DNA of 64,000 nt from Octopus vulgaris (taxonomy: Eukaryota): assembly GCA_951406725.2 (NCBI GenBank), contig CATOCA020000001.1, positions 11,222,001-11,286,000 of the forward strand, given 5' to 3'. A program made the translations under genes and the position numbers. Below, one piece after another: positions 27,450-46,099 of this stretch. Numbering within the stretch: position 1 is the stretch's first letter; each line of letters starts with the position of its first letter. The notes below the pieces were generated by a model, which was not told where the DNA came from, did not search any database, and was given only the letters and a program-made list of their open reading frames with translations.

Positions 27450-28400
27450 TAAGGTCGGACTTATATTTCGGAGAGATCTATGAAAATTAACATCCACATC
27501 ATGTGATGTATTACAATAATGATTGCAGGTGTAGGTTTCAGGACTAATGATTGTCCATTACTTGAACGTTTGCGCTATCAGCCCTATCGTAAGCATTTGA
27601 GACAATGATATTCCATTGTCCCACACCCTACCGTCTTAACCACGGAAAGAACACAACACACATTGCGATGTAAGTAAATCAACGGCATGATCATGGCCGA
27701 AACGCCTCTGATCATAGTCTTGTCATCATTGAACAACAAGCATTCTTTACAAATAACTGAAATATATTCTGCGAAACGAGGAAAATTGGCCGGGTTTCCA
27801 TTTTAGTAACTAGAGCGATGAGGTCATATTTTTGAGCAGATATCGCCATCCCAATAATCGGTAAAAACAATGGCGTTTGTTTTAGAAAAGCGACAAGTAG
27901 ATAAGAATATTCTGTGGGTGTTGTCAGGACATATGAAAAATAAAGTTTTGGTAATATAATAGAAGTCGAGGACATGAAATCGTGATTAAGGTCGTGATTT
28001 CAGATCCTGGGACGAGTGGTGTTTTGTGCGCAGAACAATTCATCTTATGTTGCACAGCGACCATTTCAACACTCGACGTGTAGGAATGGTGACTAGCTGG
28101 AAAATGGATTTATTTTCCGGATATTAAAGAATTTCAGCCAATCACATACATCAAGAAAAAATACTGCCACTCTCGTTTTAAAAATAATTAGAGAATTATT
28201 ACAACAGGGTATTTCATTCAGTATGCTTTTCGGATAGCACCTGGAACGTGGGACAAAAATAGAATATTTAGATAAGTGGATAAAATTGATTTAATTTCTG
28301 TCAAAAATTCAAACCGAAGTCATATTTGGGGCCGGCTCTATAAAGGTAAATCAATTTTTGTTACTTTTCTTTTAAGATTTAACATTTGTATCTACACACA
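27450..28400. repeat. Duplication unit R, copy 1 (copy 2 at ~30886-31545); older paralog of 20550-21680
   Basis: Direct alignment by eye; blocks such as AGTAGATAAGAA and GGAAAATGGATT..TTTCCGGATATTAAAG are shared with unit P. Confidence 0.85.
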
Positions 28401-28469
28401 CACACGTATATATGATTTATTTTTTCCTCTCTCTCTATCTTTCTCTCACTATGCAACTTAATAGAATAA

Positions 28470-29230
28470 CGTTGTCATTTGTCGGTGAGCATTTTGTTCC
28501 AAGCAAACATAACGTTGTTACACTCACGTCAGAATTATTATTCAAACATTTGTTTGTCCTGTTCATCCTATATATAGACTTTTACATAAACACATATGCA
28601 TAGGCGTGGCTGAGTGGTAAGAAACATGCTTCACAAGCAGATAGTTCCAGGTTCAGTTTCACTGCATGGCAATTTGGGAAAGTGTCTTCTACTATAACCT
28701 CAGACCGACCAAAGCCTTACGAGTGGATTTGGTAGACGGAAACCGAAAGAAGTGCGTTATATATAAATCTATATATATTGAAGCATATGTGTGTTTGTGT
28801 GTGTGTGTGTGAGTTTGTTTGTTTGTGTATGTGTGTTTCTGCCTTTGCAACTATGTTTGTTACCCATTCATATTCGACAGCAGGTTTTTTAAGGCCCCTC
28901 CTTAACATTGCGGTTCGGCAAAAGCAGCCAATAAAATAAGTACTTGGCTTACAAAGAATAATCTCTGATGTCAATTTATTGGGCCTAATGGCTTTTGATA
29001 TGGCACTCCAGCATGGCCGCGGGCAAATGACTTCAACACGTAAAAGAATTAAAGAAAAAGAATACACATTTATATATGTGTGTGCGCATGTCTGTGTATA
29101 TATATAAATGCGTATGAATATATACATATGTATTTATATACCTATATATATGTATGTGTGTGAATGTTTCGACTCGTACACGTGTGCATGTATTCACACA
29201 CACACATGTAGACACACGCTCACATAAACA

Positions 29231-29265
<35 letters not shown>

Positions 29266-29445
29266 GAACTAACATACATACACACACTCATACACACACA
29301 TATTTTTGCGTGTTTGTGTATGTATATATATCCTCATGCATTTTATATAACCATACATGATTACATATGACCCCGCGTAGAAATTCTTCGTCCTAAAATC
29401 CTAGATTGCCGCTTATAAAGTGGTTTCTGGGTTAGGTAGAATGCC
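28470..29445. repeat. Duplication unit Q containing a SINE A copy (paralogs ~29690-30550 and ~36928-37907)
   Basis: Shared GGTGAGCATTTTGTTCCAAG start and GAAATTCTTCGTCCTAAAATCCTAGATTGCCGC end. Confidence 0.85.
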
Positions 29446-30363
29446 AGGGGTTGTGTTTTGTGGGGGAGGTGGACAGTCGACTAATTGCAATTCAGCACCT
29501 CTGAGAAATGAAAGGCAAAGGGGAATTCGACAGGAAAGGAACTCAGAATGCGAATAGATAAATCAATTTTTGTTACATTTCTTTTAAAATTTAAAATTTA
29601 TTTATATATACACACACACAAATATATGATTTATTTTTTCTTCTTTCTATCTTTCTATAACTATGCAACTTAATAGAATAACGTTGTTCCTGACAGTCAT
29701 TTGTCGGTGAGCATTTTGTTCCAAGCAACCATAACGTTGTTACACGCAAGTAAGAACTATTAGTTAAACATTTGATTGTCCTGTTCATCCTGTTTATAGA
29801 CTTCTACATAAACACACATGCATAGGCGTGGCTATTTGGTAAGGAACTTGCTCCGCAAGCACATAGATCCAGGTGTAGTTTCCCTGCTTGGCAACCTGGG
29901 AAAGTGTCTTCTACTATAACCTCGGGCCGAGCAAAGACTTGTGAGTGGGTTTAGTAGACGGACCCGAAGGAAATCCGTTATATATATATATATATATACA
30001 TATGTGTGTGTGAGTGTGTCTGTGAGTGTATGTGTGGCGCGCGCGCGTGTGTGTGTATGTATGAGTGTGTGTGTGTGTGTTTACCTGTGTGCGTGTGTGT
30101 CTGTGTGACTATGTTGGTTACGCGTTCATAGTTTGACAGCAGGTCTTTTACGCCCGCTTTAACATAGCTGTTCGGCAAAAGCGATCAATAAAATAAGTAC
30201 CAGGCTTACCAAGAATAAGCCCAGTGGTAAACTTTCGGTTCTTCGGCTTAAAGGCTTTTTAGGTGGAACTCCAGCAAGGACGCAGTCAAATGACTTAAAC
30301 AAGTAAAATAATTAAAGAAACGAATACACTTTTTATATGTGTGTGTTGATCTCTGAATGCGTA

Positions 30364-30411
<48 letters not shown>

Positions 30412-31826
30412 TGTGTGTGTGTGTATCTGCGTGTGTGTGTGTCTGTGTGAGTATTTTGAACGCCGTACACTTGTGCATGTACTCACACACACACATGCTC
30501 ATAGACGCCCACATATACATTAGTAGTATATATATATATACACACAAACGTATTCAGACAATCTAAAGTGTTTTGTGTATATGGAATAATAATAAATTGG
30601 TATGCGGATGCTCAAGTGAACAACTTAGAGAATTAGTACCGTCTTTACCCTCTAGTACCTGCATCTGCTGTGTGAGTCCTTCGGCAAGTTACACAGGGTG
30701 AACTGGACGCCCCTAAATATTCGAGGGTATGTTGTACTTGAGATAACCCATGTACATGAAAGTTACAATATACTAAACACACATGCAGAGTAAACCACGT
30801 AGAATATCACTTTCATTCTTCTGCAAGTTGCAGAATAATTCAGTCCTAGATGTCGTTTAATAAATTGATGCTTCATCTTGATAGAAAGGTCGGACTTATA
30901 TTTCGGAAAGATCTATGAAAATTAACATCCACATCATGTGATGTATTACAATAATGATTGTAGATATAGGTTTCAGGACTAATGAATGCCCATTACTTTT
31001 ACATTTGCGCCATCAGCCCTATCGTAAGCATTTGAGACTATGATATTCCATTGTCTCACACCCTATCGTCTTAACCACGGAAAGAACACAACACACATTG
31101 CAATATAAGTAAAGCGACGGGATGATCACGACCGGAACGCTTCTGATCATAGTTTTGTCATCAGTGTAAAACAAGCATACTTTACAACCAACTGAAATAT
31201 ATTCTGGGAAAGGAGGGAAATTCGTCGGGTTTGCATTTTAGTAACTAGAGAGATGAGGTCGTGTCTTTGAGCAGATATCGCCATCCCAATAATCGATAAA
31301 AACATTTGACTTGTAGGAATGGTGAATAGGTGGAAAATGGATTTGTTTTCCGGATATTAAAGAATTGCAGCCAATCATATACACCAAGAGAAAATACTGC
31401 CACTTTCGTTTTAAAAAAAATAGAGAATTATTACAACAGGGTACTTCATTCAGTATGTTTATCGGATCGCAGCTGGAAGGTGAGACAAAAAACTTATATG
31501 AGGCAATAGAATATTCAGATAAGTGGATAAAACGTATTTAATTTCTGACGATAATTTGGCGGTGAGCATTTGGTTCCAAGCAACCATAACATCACCCTTA
31601 ACATCGCGGATCGGCAAAAGTGAGCAATAAAATAACACATTCAAACGTATGTGTGTCTATGTTTATTCTCCATTCACAGCTTGGCAGCATGGTTTTATTT
31701 CGCTCCCCTTAACATAGCGGATCGGCAAAAGTGAACAATAAAATGACACATAGAAACATATAGACACACACACACATATATATACATATAGTTTCTGTCT
31801 ACCAAATCCACTCACAGGGCTCTACG

Positions 31827-31866
<40 letters not shown>

Positions 31867-32094
31867 AACAAACGTACATAATTGCACACAGTCACATACA
31901 CAAGCACACACAGGTACACTTACACACACACACATACACGCAAATATATTTGTGTGTGTTTGTGTATGTATATATCTTGCTGCATCTTTATATAACCATA
32001 CATGATTACATATGACACCGCGTAGCAATTCTTTGTCCTGAAATCCTAGATTGCCGCTCATATAATGTTGTCTCTGGCTTAGGTAGAATGCCAG

Positions 32095-36925
<4,831 letters not shown>

Positions 36926-37907
36926 TGAACGGTGAGCATTTTGTTCCAAGAAAACATAACGGTGTTACACTCACGTCAGAATTATTAGTTAAATATTTGT
37001 TTGTCCTGTTCATCCTATATATAGACTTATACATAAACACACATACATAGGCGTAGCTGTGTGGTAAGAAACATGCATCGCAAGCAGATAGTTCCAGGTT
37101 CAGTTTCACTGCATGGAAATTTGGGAAAGTGTCTTCTACTATAAGGACCGACCAAAATCTTACGAGTGGATTTGGTAGACGGAAACCGAAAGAAGTGCGT
37201 TATATATATATCTATATATATTGAAGCATATGTGTGTTTGTGTGTGTGTGTGTGAGTTCATTTGTTTGTGTATTTGTGTTTCTGTTTTTGCGACTATGTT
37301 TGTTACCCATTCATATCTTGGCAGCAGGTTTTTTAAGGCCCCTCCTAAACATTGCGGTTCGGCAAAAGCGGCCAATAAAATAAGTACTTGGCTTACAAAG
37401 AATAAGGTCTCTGATGTCAATCTATTGTGTTTAAAATCTTTTGATATGGTGCTCCAGCATGGCCGCGGGCAAATGACTTCATCAAGTAAAAGAATAAAAG
37501 AAAAAGAATACACATTTATATATGTGTGTGTGTTTGTGTGTGTATATATACAAATGCGTATGAATATATATATATATGTATTTATATACCTATATATATA
37601 CGTGTGTGTGTGGGAATGTTTCGCCTCGTACACATGTGTATGTATTCACACACACATGTAGACGCACGCTCACATATACATTCATATATACATACATATA
37701 TATATATATATATATACAAACGTACGTACATACACACACTCATATGCAAATACACTCATACACACACATATTCGTGCGTGTTTGTGTATGTATTTATATC
37801 CTCATGCATCTTTATATAACCATACATGATTACATATGACCCCGCGTAGAAATTCTTCGTCCTAAAATCCTAGATTGCCGCCTTTAAAGTGGTTTCTGGC
37901 TTAGGTA

Positions 37908-38007
37908 NNNNNNNNNNNNNNNNNNNNNNNNNNNNNNNNNNNNNNNNNNNNNNNNNNNNNNNNNNNNNNNNNNNNNNNNNNNNNNNNNNNNNNNNNNNNN
38001 NNNNNNN
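37908..38007. other. Assembly gap (100 N)
   Basis: Run of N. Confidence 1.
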
Positions 38008-38884
38008 TAGATGAAGTCAGAAGAAGAATAGACATACCAGCTAGCAAATACGGAACTATAGCGGCTGAAAATTAGTCTCTGACTTTTTGCAAAGCATTGT
38101 GGGATTGTCATTTCAATTTTAACAGCGGCAAGTTTGTAAAAAGTATGTGAATTCAACTTCTGGACTTTGCTCTCTTCAACCTGGAAATATTTGTCTTGTT
38201 TTTTCACTGAAAATTGTTTGTAAGTTAGTGCTTTTATGAATACATATTGCTTTAAATGGATTTCGATGAATAACATTTGAGAGAAATGAATATCGACTGC
38301 CGTCAAAAATATCCCAAAGTTAGTTTTTGTTTTTATTGATAACACACAGAAAAAGATTTGTCCTGCATCTAAAGAAGTCAACAGAAGAATTTCCAGTCAT
38401 AAATTCTCGAAGTTGCTGTTTGTCCTCCACCGAAAAAGTAAGAATTTATTAATATTATTGTCAAACCATTTATCTTCTTAAGTTTTGTGTCAATTATGAT
38501 GTATAGGGATAAATATATTGATTCTTAAACAAGAGACTTCTTTCTACCACCTTCACACACACACACACACACCTTTAAAAATAAGTCTATTACTTCAAAT
38601 GTTAATGGTTTCTGTTAAGACTCAGCAATTTTTAAACGAGTTCTTGACTAGAATTTGGTTTGTCAACTGTTAAAATAACTTTCAGTTCTTTAGACGTTCA
38701 CATGATTAACAAGGCTAACGTGGGGTGGCTAGAAATAGCATTCGAATTACTCTCAGATCCATACAACATCATGCAATTGTTCAGTCTAGGAGCTCAATAA
38801 CAAATCAACTTAGTTGTTTATGAAAGAAATCGATATTGGTTAATATAGGGCGTAACGAATATCAGAAAATCAAAAACAAAATGT

Positions 38885-39278
38885 GTGTAATAGGTGTAAA
38901 ACAACTTCCTATGAACGAATATGAAAAAAAGAATTCGCGCACGCGAAAGGGGGGTGGGTGAGAGGCCTCGGAAAATTCACATCGGGAAGTTCCGAAAGCG
39001 TCTGAGGGGCTGACCCGGGCACCAAAACAAAAAAAAAATAGTGTAATATGTGTAAAACAACTTGCTCTAAACGAATATGAAAAAAAAAAATGCGCTCTCG
39101 AGAAAGAGGGGTGGGGGAGAGGCCTCGGAAAATTTATGTCGGGAATTTCCGAAAGCGTCTGAACCGGGCACAAAAACAAAAACAGCGTAATAGGTGTAAA
39201 AAAAATTGCTCTAAACGAATAGGACAAAAAAAATGCGCGCTCGCGAAAGGGGGTGGGGGAGAGGCTTCGGAAATTCAT
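38885..39278. repeat. Three ~145-155-bp tandem repeats in the Merlin subterminal region
   Basis: Units start at ~38885, 39041 and 39185, each with AACGAATA..CGCGAAAGGGGGTGGG..GAGGC.TCGGAAA. Confidence 0.88.
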
Positions 39279-39519
39279 ACATGAATCATAAACTCCGTAT
39301 TTTTGTACATATTTCGCAAAAAAAAAAATAAAGAGAAGAAATTCTGGAAAAAGTGAAGAAATGTTGGATCTCTGCCATGTGAATCAAAATACGTGTCAGA
39401 AACATCTTGAAATACTACAGAAATTATGTTACGAAAATGATAATGTATACATACCTCTTTGAGTGGTCCATCGACAGTGTTGATAAAGAAATGAGATGGG
39501 TTGCGTTTGGAGGAAAAAA

Positions 39520-40465
39520 TTATCGCGGGCCAGGATAAAGACTTGGGGCCAATAAGAATACGTGTATTCTCTTGGCAGCAGGTCTGATGCTGTCCAAAAA
39601 AAGGAACTTCGCCATGTATTGTTTTAGGTAACAGGCACGAATGCCTGGGCGAACAACCGATTTCTTCACTGACCCCCACAATCTCTCTATTGTCTGCGTG
39701 TGCACCGACGCGTTTGTCGGATCCACAAAGTTTTCGCTGTGGTTGACGCGGAAGTGAGTATACCCGATATTTCCAAGAGAGTTATAAGCACCCCAAGAAT
39801 CACTATATACTACCGACCCTTGGCGTATATATCGGGTAATTAAGGGGATCAGTGTGGCGGCATCTCGCCTTTCCTCTTCACCACACTCAGATGAAAGAGG
39901 TATCAAAAATTTCTTTTTGGCTACCCGCTCGATTCCACCGAAGAGCCAGATAGTTTTTGTCAGTCTTCCTCGATTGTATTTCCTCCTTACAATAACAGAT
40001 TCGTCGATCTCCACTTCAACTCCTGGTCCACCGATTTGGTCCTGGTAATTCTCTACCCAATGTTGACAAACCTCAGAGCAGAAGGATCGCCAATCAATTG
40101 AGGTCGAATACGAAATTTTCAAATTTTCAACGGCTAATGAGTGCGACCAACCGTCTATGAGGAAGTAATTCACAAATAACAAGATTTGACATGGTGGTAG
40201 CTGACTCCGCTCCAAAAAATGTATTGCTGTATAGGGATATTGAATATCGACATTGTGTTGGCCGTTGCCTTCGACGGCGAACAGTCCTTCCACATCGGAA
40301 GATGTTATTATTTCCTTGCAATGTACATGGTAAATTGCATCTAGGGCAGTCAACTGTGTGGGGAATGATATTATGTTTTCGAAAAAAATCCAATGCCTCA
40401 ATGTCATTAGTAAATCGGCGAATCCCATCCTGTAATGTTAATTCACATGAATTGCAAAGGGCCAT
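39520..40465 (-). CDS. Merlin DDE transposase, ~314 aa if a single +1 frameshift at A6 (40214-40219) is removed
   Basis: N-terminal CPRC..C..C zinc ribbon in one frame. VEIDES, RKYNRGR, WLFGGIER, VYSDSWGAY, VNHSENFVDP and HTQTIERLW in the next. Confidence 0.9.
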
Positions 40466-40991
40466 TCTCTATCATAAAACTTAACGCTTGTGTATCTACG
40501 ACTGAAATGAATATATGAACTTGTTCTGTACCAAGGAGCGGGAAATCCTCCACACCAGAAGAATGGATGAGTAAACACTGGTCAATGAAAGGTCAGTCTT
40601 TTGTCTAAGAACAGTTGTTTACAAGACGATAGTTGGTACCAAGTTCTATTCAAGTTGTCCCACATGCTGACTGCGGCTATGCTGGAGCATCGCCTTTAGT
40701 CGAAACAAATCGATCCCAGGACTTATTCCTTGTAAGCCTAGTACTTATTCCATCGGTCACTTTTTGCCAAGGCGCTCAGCTTCGTCGACATAAACACACC
40801 GACATCGGTTGTCAAGCGAATGTATGGGGGGGGGGGTTACTAGCACACACGCACACTCACACATACACATGAAGATTTCCATATAAGAGATTTGACTGCT
40901 GTTTCTAGCATATCCAGATTTCACTGCATTTTTTAGCAGTCCACCCTCCTGGAAAATGAATAAAACCAGCCGTGTGTATGTGTATATATAT

Positions 40992-41265
40992 GAGTGGCAG
41001 TGTGGTAAGTAGCTTGCTTACGAACCACATGGTTCCGGGTTCTATCCCACTGCATGGCACCTTGGGCAAGTATCTTCTACTATAGTCTTGTGAGTGGATT
41101 TGGTAGACGGAAACTGAAGAAGCCCGTCGTTTATTTATATATATATGTGTGTGTGTGTGTGTGTGCGTTGTGTTTACGGCAATAGAGACCGATAGAATAA
41201 GTACTAGGCTTACAAAGAATAAGTCCTGGGGTCGATTTGCTCGACCAAAGTCGGTGCTCCAGCAA
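40992..41265 (+). mobile_element. tRNA-derived SINE family A, internally deleted
   Basis: A/B box head and conserved 3' body. Confidence 0.8.
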
Positions 41266-42279
41266 AAAAGAGAGAAAAACACGTTTTCACATTGCTTGCA
41301 TTTATATCTTTCCTGAGACATGTAAAAGTTTCCATTTGTATAATACTTGGCTGCTTGTCACTTCAAATAAAGAGTAGTGAACTGATATTAAAGCCAAAAT
41401 TTTCCTTTCGCTACTATTAGGATGCTTTTCATTTTCACTTTCAGTGTTAAAAAATGAATGATTACACTTATGGGTTTACATGTGAACTTTTGTTTATTTT
41501 ATATTCTTCTATATGTTGGATATGCAAATTTCACGAAGCGGGGATAGACACAACTGTCTTCACACAACCTACTTCAGTTTACTCCACTAAACACAATACT
41601 CTAATAAATAGAAACTCTGAACAATGTCAACAACTTCCATGAACTCCCAATGACTCTCTTTGTCTCAACCAAAATGCTAATTTTTTTATAAGAGTTTTGC
41701 TAGTCCATTCTTCCAATCCCATAGGGGTGCCAATGACTCTCACCACAACAGTTTATACATGTATATTTTACCAAAACAAGTATCCCCATGCGAAGCTTCA
41801 CCTGTATGTAAGTACATAACTTTTTTGTTAATTTAAGTTTTCTGTTAGTTAACCATAGCTGTTTGTAAATTGAACACCTGTTTCTCTGTGTATATTGAAC
41901 AATTTCCATAAGATATATATGTTTGCAAATGTAAAATATGTTTGTTTCCCAATGCCATGGTTTAGGGTCTAGTTCTACTGTGTGGCATTTTGGGCAAGAG
42001 TCTTCGACTATAGGTAGAGATCAACAAATGCATTTTTAGTGAAAGTGGTTGATGGGAACTATATGAAGCTTATTGCATGTGTGTGTATACACCATATCAA
42101 TTATGTGATGCATGTTATAGGTAACTGTTGACAAAAAGTGCAAAATACTCATTGAAAAATCAAAATAATTTAGAGTAATGTCAAGAAGGGATGTGGAATG
42201 GATAGTGAAGGTGTCCCACAGTATTGCAGCCTGGGCCTATGTGTCATCTTGCTACTGCAAGAGAGTACAGACCATTGAA

Positions 42280-42620
42280 TGTTTGTGAAATATTGGCATC
42301 TAAGATTATGAACTCTCTGGATTTACTGATTACCTTGATGTCAGTGAGAATGCCATTGTCAAACAAGGGATTTGTTACCTTAGTAAGTGTCTACCCTCCA
42401 ACCATGTGTTCCTCTGAAGAGAAAAAAAGACTAATATTTTATCTTTCATGAAAAAAGTTTCTGTGCAGTGTTCTTTCTGCTTATAAAATCTTCATACTTG
42501 GTGATTTCAATGAAAGCATTTGCAGAGATAAAAAAATTTGGGATATAATTGGGAAACATGAAGCCAGAAAATGCAATAGTAATGGCTTGTTTAGTACTGC
42601 AAATGTATGATGTGTTCGAT
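42280..42620 (+). mobile_element. RTE-clade LINE endonuclease fragment
   Basis: LMSVRMPLSNKGFVTLVSVYPPTMCSSEEKK..FY, then a GDFN-like and NSNGL motif. Confidence 0.7.
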
Positions 42621-43049
42621 TTTTGCATATACTGGGTAACTGTCAATCTCCTAGTGTGGAGCATGCTGTATTTGAGCACCAAATATGTGGGAGTATTTAT
42701 GTGATCAAGATGAAAGGCAATTAGGTCTCTCATTAATTTCTGTTTGGTGAGTTGGCCCTGAGGAAAAATCTAGGCAACAAATTGAAATTAAGGCATCTAG
42801 CATGGGAAACGGACGTTAAACGATGATGATGTATGTATTAGAGACACTTAGAGGATCTAGATCAAATTAGAGAAAGTGAAAACATCACTAAGTTTTTGAT
42901 GGAAAAAATTGGTTCATGTTGGAATGAGTGAATTTGAATGAATGTCAATAAAATCTTAGTGTGCATGAAAAACTTGAGAGAGATTTTTGAAAAGGTCTTA
43001 ATATTAATTTTCCTGTGAATGTTTCCATTGTGTTTTGCTTCAAAAACTA

Positions 43050-44258
43050 CATAGACATGACAGAATTAAATAGACATCCTTATAATTGTTAAAATTTATC
43101 TAAATTATTTATTAATTATTATAATGTGAATATCTAATATTTAGTAGACAGGCTCCTTGCATTTTTGAATGCAAGGACCCTAGCAGGCATGCTACTGATC
43201 TGATGAATATTCTCTTCATGATTTTCTTGCCAAGTTTCTTGCAGTAATATCAAAAGATCTGGTTTTAAGGATGCTTTCTTTTTCTTTTTAGGAAGTATCC
43301 CATCCATCATGCCTCAGAGGTGTTCAGTAGGGTTCATATCTGGTGATTGGCTTAGCTATGGAAGCTTTTTAATGCCATTCTCTTCCAACCAATCCTGGGT
43401 CTTTTAGTTGTGCAAGAAAGCCCTATCTTCCATAAATAGTGTTCTTTAATAATTTTACCCTGGAGGTTATAGGAAGAAGATTTTTCTATAATATGGACAC
43501 ATATTTATCTGAGTTTATGTACCCCTCACATTCCACCATTTCTGATTGACTATTGCTCCAAACTGCTCTCCAGACCATCACATGTTTCATTGTTGGCTGC
43601 AATATATTCACGTGAAAATATTGGTGACTGATTCTCCAGACCCACATTCGACCAGTGTCAGAAAATACAGCAAATCTGGATTCATCAGAGAATTTGACAG
43701 TATCCCAAAGTGCTAGTGACCTCTCTACCATCTCACTTGTCCAATCTTTTCTCCATTTGATATTGGCTGGTCGAAGCAGTGTCTTCTTTCTTGCTGCTCT
43801 GCCATAATAGCCAATTTTGCAGAGATAACTGACAGCTATTCTGGGACTGACATCAACTTATTCTGCTATATTGGAGGCCTTGCAATGAGGATTATCTTAC
43901 ACACTTCTCTTAAGAAAGCAAAGTGTTCTGTCAGAGGGCCTTAGTCTACCTGGGTAAGGTGATATGGACTACTTTCCCGTTTAGTGAATTGAAAAATTAC
44001 TCTATTTACTGTAGAAAGTGGAATCACAATGTTTTCTGTGGTTTTAGGCTAAGTCAGCCTTGAAATAGGCGCAGCATATGGCCTCTTTGTAAATTGGACA
44101 TTTTTAAGGCTTCTTTTGTACATGGCATGATTAAACAGTTACATATAGAACCTGAAACATATAAATGTCAATTAATAAAAAAATATAAACCTCTTCAAGT
44201 TATAATAACCATAAAACAATGTGTTAATGGGTATCTATTTACTTTTGTCATGTTTGTG
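43050..44258 (-). mobile_element. Full-length degenerate Tc1 transposon with TIRs and TA target duplication
   Basis: WDTVKFSDESRF, VMVW and QSPDMNP motifs. TIRs CATAGACATGACAGAATTAAATAGA and CACAAACATGACAAAAGTAAATAGA, flanked by TA at 43048-49 and 44259-60. Confidence 0.88.
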
Positions 44259-44979
44259 TACAAATGTATCATTTGTTACAACTGCACTTTGAAAGAAAAA
44301 GAAAACCTTTAGTAGAAAATTAGCATTAGCTACGACAACGTTACCCAACTATTAAATCTTATATTTTTCAAACTCATGCTAGGATGGAAAAATGAACGTA
44401 GGTTATTTTTACACATGTATTGATGTATATAAAACATGAAATTATGTTGTCTACATACTTAAATACTTGCAATTAATTCATTGTAAGAACATAGAAATTT
44501 GACAGGTTTTCTTGAGTTGTTGCTCATCTACAATAATCTGATAAGTTTGAGGTTATTGTTGGTTGCATAAGATTGTCATTGAATTTTCTCTCGACAGAAA
44601 TATCTAATCATTTTATCCATACTAGCATGGGTTGTGTGTGTCATGTTGATATCTGTTTCAGTTTAATTCCCTCTGCAATAGTTTCTTTTTTTTGTGTTTA
44701 TGCAATATGGTACTTTCATAAAATACAGTCGTCTCTTGCCTTACACAGTATTGTTTCTTAGTTTCACTTTAGCACAATTTTGCTCATTTTCCTCTATTTG
44801 TTTCTTTTTGTTTTTACAAATATAGAAGTAGTACCTGCTTCAGTTTCTCATAATATTTTGTTAAATATTTTTGAATTTGAAATATTAAAATTGATTTCAC
44901 TGGAAATGAAAATTCAATGTATAAAATTAACTTTAAACTAGATGTTCAGCATAAAATGCAAAAGTTTTACAAAAAGAAT

Positions 44980-45780
44980 TGTCATCATCATTTAATGTCC
45001 ATTATCTATGCTGGCTTGGGTTGGACAGTTTCATCAGAGCTGGTAAGCTGAGGGTCTGCAGCAGACTCCAGTCTGATTTGTCATTGTTTCTATGGCTGGA
45101 TGCCCTTCTTAACATCAAGCACTCCATGAGTGTTGTGGGCAGGGGTTGTGAAAAAATTAATTGATGGGAAATTAATTACAATATATTGTCTTCTAAGGCA
45201 CGGCATGTCATGAAAGGTGTCTGTCATTAGTCATTGCCTTTATAAGTTCCAACAGTCAAAGATCATGCATTACCACCTTGTCCAATGCCTTCTTATGTCT
45301 GCTTCTTCTGCCATGTAGCATAGTTGTCTGCACAGGTATAATAAATCTGGCTTTCACTCTGAAGGAGAGACCCTTAGTTACCAAACAGAGGAAGGAGCTC
45401 TCTGAATTTGCTCTGCCTATTTTTATTCTTGCAGCCACACTCTTGGTTCATCCACCTCTGCTACTGACTTTGTTGCTCAACAATCTTTATCGTACTCCTC
45501 TGGTATTTGATGAAGCCCATTTTCTGTACACTTTTAGTGTTTACTGTACATGTGCACTTTCTACATACAAAATATATTTTCCCAGTTTACCTTCCTCTGA
45601 TATTGCTACACCTATTATGTGTTATACAGAGTACATCTACCTACCTGTTTCCTTCATATTGAGGATGGCCATGTACCTGAAGGACTTTACGATTTATCTG
45701 TTTTCCTACTTACTAAGACTTTGGGTTAGAGTTGGGTAGGTTAATTCTGTGACCTTTCAATTCTAGACCTTGCTTCCGTA
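44980..45780 (-). mobile_element. Degenerate RTE-like LINE 3' portion
   Basis: ARIKIG..LVTKGLSFRVKAR..TMLHG on the - strand; (TGA)n-type tail. Confidence 0.7.
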
Positions 45781-46099
45781 CGCACAATTTGTTCTCTAGT
45801 TCTGGTAGTGATTTAGCTATAAGAAGAAGCTCATTAGTAAATAAGTGTGAAAACTCTTTGCTTTCACAAACACTTTATGTACACTGATTGAAGCAATGAA
45901 AAAAAAGGTCCTCGGTATACCTGAAACTTGAAGGAAAATATTTGGATAATGAAACAAATAATGTATGGCTAATTGAATGTAATGTAATAAATGATAATAT
46001 ATGAGTGTTCAGTTGTCATCCTCTATGCCCTCCCCAATTCCTTTGAGAGAAGCAAAGAAGACTAATAATATGTATTAAATGATTAACGAAAATAATAAT

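Larger units (their letters stand above)
38848..40661 (-). mobile_element. Merlin (IS1595/IS1016-related) DNA transposon
   Basis: Transposase ORF, subterminal tandem repeats, weakly matching GG-initiated ends (GGGCGTAACGAATA vs GGGACAACTTGAATA). No TSD seen, so ends are uncertain. Confidence 0.75.

Noticed and set aside
37884-38381. 165-aa minus-strand ORF
   Set aside because: Its length depends on reading through the N gap; no recognisable motif.
39520-40465. IS1595-like transposase as bacterial contamination
   Set aside because: It is embedded among host SINEs and has eukaryotic Merlin-type motifs (RKYNRGR, WLFGGIER).
45278-45739. 153-aa hydrophobic + strand ORF
   Set aside because: Antisense to a degenerate RTE-like LINE.
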